From positions 1 to 46,288 of the forward strand of contig JAIXVM010000261.1 in assembly GCA_027482995.1 (NCBI GenBank): DNA of 46,288 nucleotides, written 5' to 3'. The notes beneath the pieces were generated by a model. That model was not told where the DNA came from. It ran no database searches and saw nothing but the letters and a program-made list of their open reading frames with translations. The stretch's first letter is position 1; the number at the start of each line of letters is the position of its first letter. Below are positions 42,485 through 46,288 of the stretch, in pieces. Both the position numbers and the translations under genes were made by a program. The DNA comes from Hyphomonadaceae bacterium (GTDB lineage: Bacteria > Pseudomonadota > Alphaproteobacteria > Caulobacterales > Hyphomonadaceae).

Positions 42485-43573
42485 TTACCAGACAGGCTGC
42501 AGCCGGACTTTTGCCGGCAGCTTGGTTTTCTTGACGGGCTGGAAGTACAGCGACAGGAAGGTCAAGCCGTTTGACAGGACGTAGCCCTTGCGCTGCAGCC
42601 AGGCGAGCGGGCCCTTGCCGGTGATCGCTTCCATCTTGTCCGTGTTCTGACGGATCTTCTCGAGACCCGCGCGGAATTCCGGCGCATTGATGTTGAGCTC
42701 GACCGGATAGACCTGGCGGGCGATCTCGTTGGTGACGCGGAAGACTTCATAGTCATACTCGGTCGGATCGACGCCGAGTGCGGCATGGAAAGCGGGCCGG
42801 CGATGGTCGCGCACGTACATCGTGGCATAGACGGCGAGCAGGAAGAAGCGGATCCAGTACTTGTTGCCGCCTTCGAGGAGATGCGGGTTGGCGCGCAGGA
42901 TCATCGCGAAGGCTTCGCCGTGGCGGAACTCGTCATTGCACCACTGCTCGAACCATTTGAAGATCGGGTGGAAGCGGAATTCCGGATGCTTCTCGAGCTG
43001 GCGGAAGATCGTGATGTAGCGAGCGTAGCCGATCTTTTCGGACAGATAGACCGAGTAGAAAATGTATTTGGGCTTGAAGAAGGTGTACTTCTTCTTGCGC
43101 GTCAGGAAGCCGAGATCGACGCCGATGCCGAAATCCTTCAGCACGAAATTGATGAAGCCGGCATGCCGGGCCTCGTCGCGCGCCATCAGGCGGAACAGGG
43201 CTTTCATGTCCGGATTGTCGACCTGGCGTGTGATCTCGCGGTAGAGCACGCAGCCCGAGAACTCGGATGTCAGTGAACTGACGAGGAAGTCCACGAACTC
43301 GGTGCGCAGTTCCGGTGACAGCGTGCCGAGGATGTTGTCGAACTCCGCCGTCCGCTTGAAGTGGTTGCGGTTCGGATCGGACTCCATTTCGGCGATCAGC
43401 GCGTCCCATTCCTCGCGCACACCCGACACATCGATCTTGTTCACTTCAGCGAAATCGGTCGTGTAGAAACGCGGAGACAGCATCGTCTCCTGCATCGCGA
43501 GCCTGTTGGTATCAAAGGCGGGCGGTGCTTCGAGCACACGCATCTCTTCGTCCGTCAACATAGCAATCGTCAT
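42485..43573 (-). CDS. acsF: O2-dependent Mg-protoporphyrin IX monomethyl ester cyclase
   Basis: [46 protein letters not shown] diiron motifs. Confidence 0.98.
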   Translation of the reverse strand: MTIAMLTDEEMRVLEAPPAFDTNRLAMQETMLSPRFYTTDFAEVNKIDVSGVREEWDALIAEMESDPNRNHFKRTAEFDNILGTLSPELRTEFVDFLVSSLTSEFSGCVLYREITRQVDNPDMKALFRLMARDEARHAGFINFVLKDFGIGVDLGFLTRKKKYTFFKPKYIFYSVYLSEKIGYARYITIFRQLEKHPEFRFHPIFKWFEQWCNDEFRHGEAFAMILRANPHLLEGGNKYWIRFFLLAVYATMYVRDHRRPAFHAALGVDPTEYDYEVFRVTNEIARQVYPVELNINAPEFRAGLEKIRQNTDKMEAITGKGPLAWLQRKGYVLSNGLTFLSLYFQPVKKTKLPAKVRLQPVW

Positions 43574-43576
43574 GGC

Positions 43577-43861
43577 TCAGACCTTTCCATTCGTGAAGCT
43601 CACTTCGTAGAGTTCGGTGAGCTCAAACATTGACTGAAAGCGCACGAGCGCCTTCTCGAAAAAATTGGCGCGGGTGACGGTCGCCTCGCGGCGCAGCACG
43701 AGGCTGCGGCCGAAAGGGACACTGACCGGCGCGCCGTGGACGAGCACCTTGTCGCCGATGCCCGGCTCCACACCGCCGTCGAGTTCGACATGCGCTTCGA
43801 GCGACTCGTAGGTGTGATGGACACGAATGGTGCAGGGCACCGTGAAGCTGCGTCGGGTCAT
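43577..43861 (-). CDS. bciE: cyclase accessory protein BciE
   Basis: PCT...ESLEAHV.LD...GD.VLVHG.P...ATVTRA...EL.E.SF pattern; small gene immediately upstream of acsF. Confidence 0.8.
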   Translation of the reverse strand: MTRRSFTVPCTIRVHHTYESLEAHVELDGGVEPGIGDKVLVHGAPVSVPFGRSLVLRREATVTRANFFEKALVRFQSMFELTELYEVSFTNGKV

Positions 43862-44337
43862 GGGGCAGTCTCCATCGGCGAGATCAGCTTACGGAACTCT
43901 GCGACATTGTCACCGCCAAAAGCGTCGAGACTGACCCATTCTCCGGTTTCCGGATCCTCGATGATCAGCTTGTCGTTCTGTGTGCGGTGCAACACGAAGG
44001 CAGGACCCGAGCCGATGCCCATCTGGCGGCGCTGAAGCGCGAGCGAGCGCATCGCGGTGCGAACGAAGCCGCCCGTTTCCGGCGCCCAGTTGCGCACCAG
44101 GTCCCGCGTCACCGGATCGCGCACGATGATGCTGCCATCGGCGCCATCTTCGAACACCAGCGCACGCGACTCGATCGAGATGGCGCGCCAGTCGGTTACA
44201 TGACCCCCGCCCATGATCCGCGTCGCGCCAACGGCGATCACGGTGAACAGGATCAGGGCGCCAATGGCCATCAGCAGTCCGCGCGGCGGGTGCAGGTCAT
44301 GGGCGTGAGCCGGGTTCGGAATGGGTGCGTGGGTCAT
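43858..44337 (-). CDS. puhC: photosynthetic complex assembly protein PuhC
   Basis: TM helix; GGFVR...R.R, DPETG..V.LDAFG.DN motifs. Confidence 0.9.
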   Translation of the reverse strand: MTHAPIPNPAHAHDLHPPRGLLMAIGALILFTVIAVGATRIMGGGHVTDWRAISIESRALVFEDGADGSIIVRDPVTRDLVRNWAPETGGFVRTAMRSLALQRRQMGIGSGPAFVLHRTQNDKLIIEDPETGEWVSLDAFGGDNVAEFRKLISPMETAP

Positions 44338-44350
44338 GTGTTTCAGGTCC

Positions 44351-45037
44351 TCAGGTCGCGCTGGCTGTCAGGCCGGACGGAGCGGAAGCCGCGGAGCGGG
44401 CGGGAGCGGTTGGCGCAGCCGCCGCAACCGTCACGCGGTTCGGGGCATGCGCCAGCATGGCCGCGGCCAGGGTCCGGGCGACGTTTCCGGCACCTGTCAG
44501 GCTACGGAGCATCGGCTGCGGCGCATTGATCCGCAGCGGACGCACGTGCGGCCAGAGTTTCAGGTATCCGAGACCGCCGGTCTGGGTCATGGCGAGCACG
44601 ATATCGCCCTTGTCCTTGCCATAGCGGCGCATGTCGGCGGAGGCGATCTGGTCGAACGGCAGGTTCACGTACTTGCGGATGGCCACACCGTAGCGCAGCA
44701 CCACGCGCTTCGAGGTGATCGTGTAGACGGTCGCCTTCGCCATCGCCCAGGCGATCAGCACCAGAAGGCCAATTCCGGCCGCTGCACCAATGCTGGAATT
44801 GATCGCCACGCGCGACATCTCGAGCCCGGTCGCACCCGCCGTTTCGAGATTGGCGAGGCGCCAGCTCGTCGCGATCACGAAATACGCGATCACGAAGCGG
44901 ATGTGGAACGCGTGGATCGCAAAGGCGAGCGTGCCGGGGCTGCCCTGCCAGAGGAGCTGCTCGCCCTCCGGGAGAGCCTGGGGGAGCCCGCGAACGGGCT
45001 CGCCCCCACCGTCTTCTTCGTCGTGAAGCTTGATCAC
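44351..45037 (-). CDS. puhB: photosynthetic complex assembly protein PuhB
   Basis: EPVRGLP..LP.GE.LLWQG.P, YTITSKRV.LRYG.A, LWPHVRP. Confidence 0.93.
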   Translation of the reverse strand: MIKLHDEEDGGGEPVRGLPQALPEGEQLLWQGSPGTLAFAIHAFHIRFVIAYFVIATSWRLANLETAGATGLEMSRVAINSSIGAAAGIGLLVLIAWAMAKATVYTITSKRVVLRYGVAIRKYVNLPFDQIASADMRRYGKDKGDIVLAMTQTGGLGYLKLWPHVRPLRINAPQPMLRSLTGAGNVARTLAAAMLAHAPNRVTVAAAAPTAPARSAASAPSGLTASAT

Positions 45038-45810
45038 AGCCAGGGCTCCTGGCGCTGCGGCGTGGCGTAAAGCGTGCCGCCGCCATAATAGCCGCTGATC
45101 ATGTCTTCCTCGAGCCGGGTCACGCGGTCAGCAGACTTCGTGCGCGGCACGCCGGCGAAATGCTCGGCCTTGATGGCGTCCACTTCAACCCGCTTGCGGG
45201 TTTTGGAGACGTTGCAGAACGGCACCGGCAGAAGGACGATGGCGCCCGAACCCGCAAGCTTGACTTCAAGATAGCGGATGATGGCTTCGGCACGGTCCAC
45301 CCAGAGATCGGTGACGACCCCGGCGACTTTCCGGTCGAGGCCGACCACGTCGAGACCGCGCGGATCAATATCCTGCGCCGAGACGGTATAGTCCGGGTTC
45401 AGACGGTAGGGTGAGATTCGGTCCTGGCCGTCCCAGTTGAGATCCGGTACGTCGGCGCGCATGGCATACGAGGCCGGGCCCACACCGTCCTTGAGCGGAT
45501 CACCCGACGGAACGAAGGGCGAGCCGGCCCATTGCGCCGTGCGACTCAGCGCCAGTTCGCGCGTATCGCCCTTGGCATAGGTCAGCTCGATCGAGCCGCG
45601 GCCGTTCGGCAGGTGGAAAGTCTTTTTCGGCGGCACAAAGAGCAGCGCCGCAGGCTCCTGCCGGCCGCTGGGATCTTCCTCCAGCGGATAGCCTTCGCGC
45701 ATGCCTTCGCGCTGCAGGTAATAGATCAGCCAGAAGAAGAAGATGGTGAAGGCCCATAGGGTCACATCCACAAGATCTATTCCGTTGACGAACTCTCCAC
45801 TGAAAATCAT
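45034..45810 (-). CDS. puhA: photosynthetic reaction centre H subunit
   Basis: TM helix, LQRE.MREGYPL, GDPL.DGVGPAS, DPRG, DLWVD...IRYLE, TRLEED.ISGYYGGG. Confidence 0.97.
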   Translation of the reverse strand: MIFSGEFVNGIDLVDVTLWAFTIFFFWLIYYLQREGMREGYPLEEDPSGRQEPAALLFVPPKKTFHLPNGRGSIELTYAKGDTRELALSRTAQWAGSPFVPSGDPLKDGVGPASYAMRADVPDLNWDGQDRISPYRLNPDYTVSAQDIDPRGLDVVGLDRKVAGVVTDLWVDRAEAIIRYLEVKLAGSGAIVLLPVPFCNVSKTRKRVEVDAIKAEHFAGVPRTKSADRVTRLEEDMISGYYGGGTLYATPQRQEPWL

Positions 45811-45832
45811 GACCGTTCTCCTTGAGGTCGTA

Positions 45833-46288
45833 TCAGCCTGGGTATGCAGCCAGGCCGAATTTTGTAGATGGGGTAGTAGCCGGGGTCGCCAGCGTGTGAC
45901 GGGCCAGCGGGCCGATCACGACCAGCGTGGCAAACAGAAGCAGAATTTCGAAGTGATAGACGGCGCCGTAACCGGGCGCCGGACCGGTAAGTGCGGGGCC
46001 GAGTTGTCCGCTTTCGGCCAGGTTTGAAACAACATCACGCACCGCGCCGCCGAAGGCGACCGCGATGCCGGTTGCGGTTGCGGTGACAGCGCCCCAGGCG
46101 CCGAGCGCGATGCCGCTGTCATGATTGCGGGCGACGGCCATGATGGCCGTCAGTGTACCGACGGAAAATAGACCGCCGCCGAAGCCAATGAGGAAGGTGC
46201 CGAACAGGAAGGCCGCGGTCGATCCCGCCGGATAGGCGAAGACGACGAGTGCGAAGGCAAACACGCCGGCGAGCGCGCCTGTGCCCGC
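45833..46288 (-). CDS. lhaA: BCD-family MFS protein LhaA (PucC-like), 5' truncated by the window edge
   Basis: IGFGGGLF.VGTL, GIALGAWGAV.ATA.G, GY..VY..EI; directly upstream of puhA. Confidence 0.88.
   Translation of the reverse strand, partial: AGTGALAGVFAFALVVFAYPAGSTAAFLFGTFLIGFGGGLFSVGTLTAIMAVARNHDSGIALGAWGAVTATATGIAVAFGGAVRDVVSNLAESGQLGPALTGPAPGYGAVYHFEILLLFATLVVIGPLARHTLATPATTPSTKFGLAAYPG

Overview
GC-rich alphaproteobacterial chromosomal window. Gene content and order, LexA-, CtrA- and NrdR-like boxes and a UrcA gene suggest Caulobacterales/Hyphomonadaceae; this is an inference and was not checked against a database. Left (0.1-14.6 kb): end of the dcw cluster (murB, ddl, ftsQ, ftsA, ftsZ, lpxC) with an antisense TonB-dependent receptor between murB and ddl, then an XRE regulator, bamD and an inverted recN-ligA pair with a LexA box. 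Middle (14.6-30 kb): accessory genes (DUF2459-GH29 fucosidase-SDR, DapA-family lyase, aminopeptidase P, DUF1330-Rieske oxygenase-APC permease-prmA, VOC-ArsR-SRPBCC, GFA, cyclophilin) and a fusion of a nucleoside-deoxyribosyltransferase/TIR-like domain with a macro domain. Right (30-46.3 kb): nrdB with NrdR boxes, dnaX-ybaB-[bciB]-recR, an orphan ORF flanked by palindromes, a UrcA gene, typA, pgeF, prs, and the end of an anoxygenic photosynthesis gene cluster (lhaA partial, puhABC, bciE, acsF, puhE, hemA). The most notable items are the NDT/TIR-like-macro fusion (candidate nucleotide-signalling or defence protein), the photosynthesis cluster in this host background, and a bacteriochlorophyll 8-vinyl reductase inserted inside the dnaX-ybaB-recR operon. 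No rRNA, tRNA, CRISPR array, transposase or integrase was recognised. Several start codons were moved downstream of the ORF-track starts, using RBS position and expected protein length.
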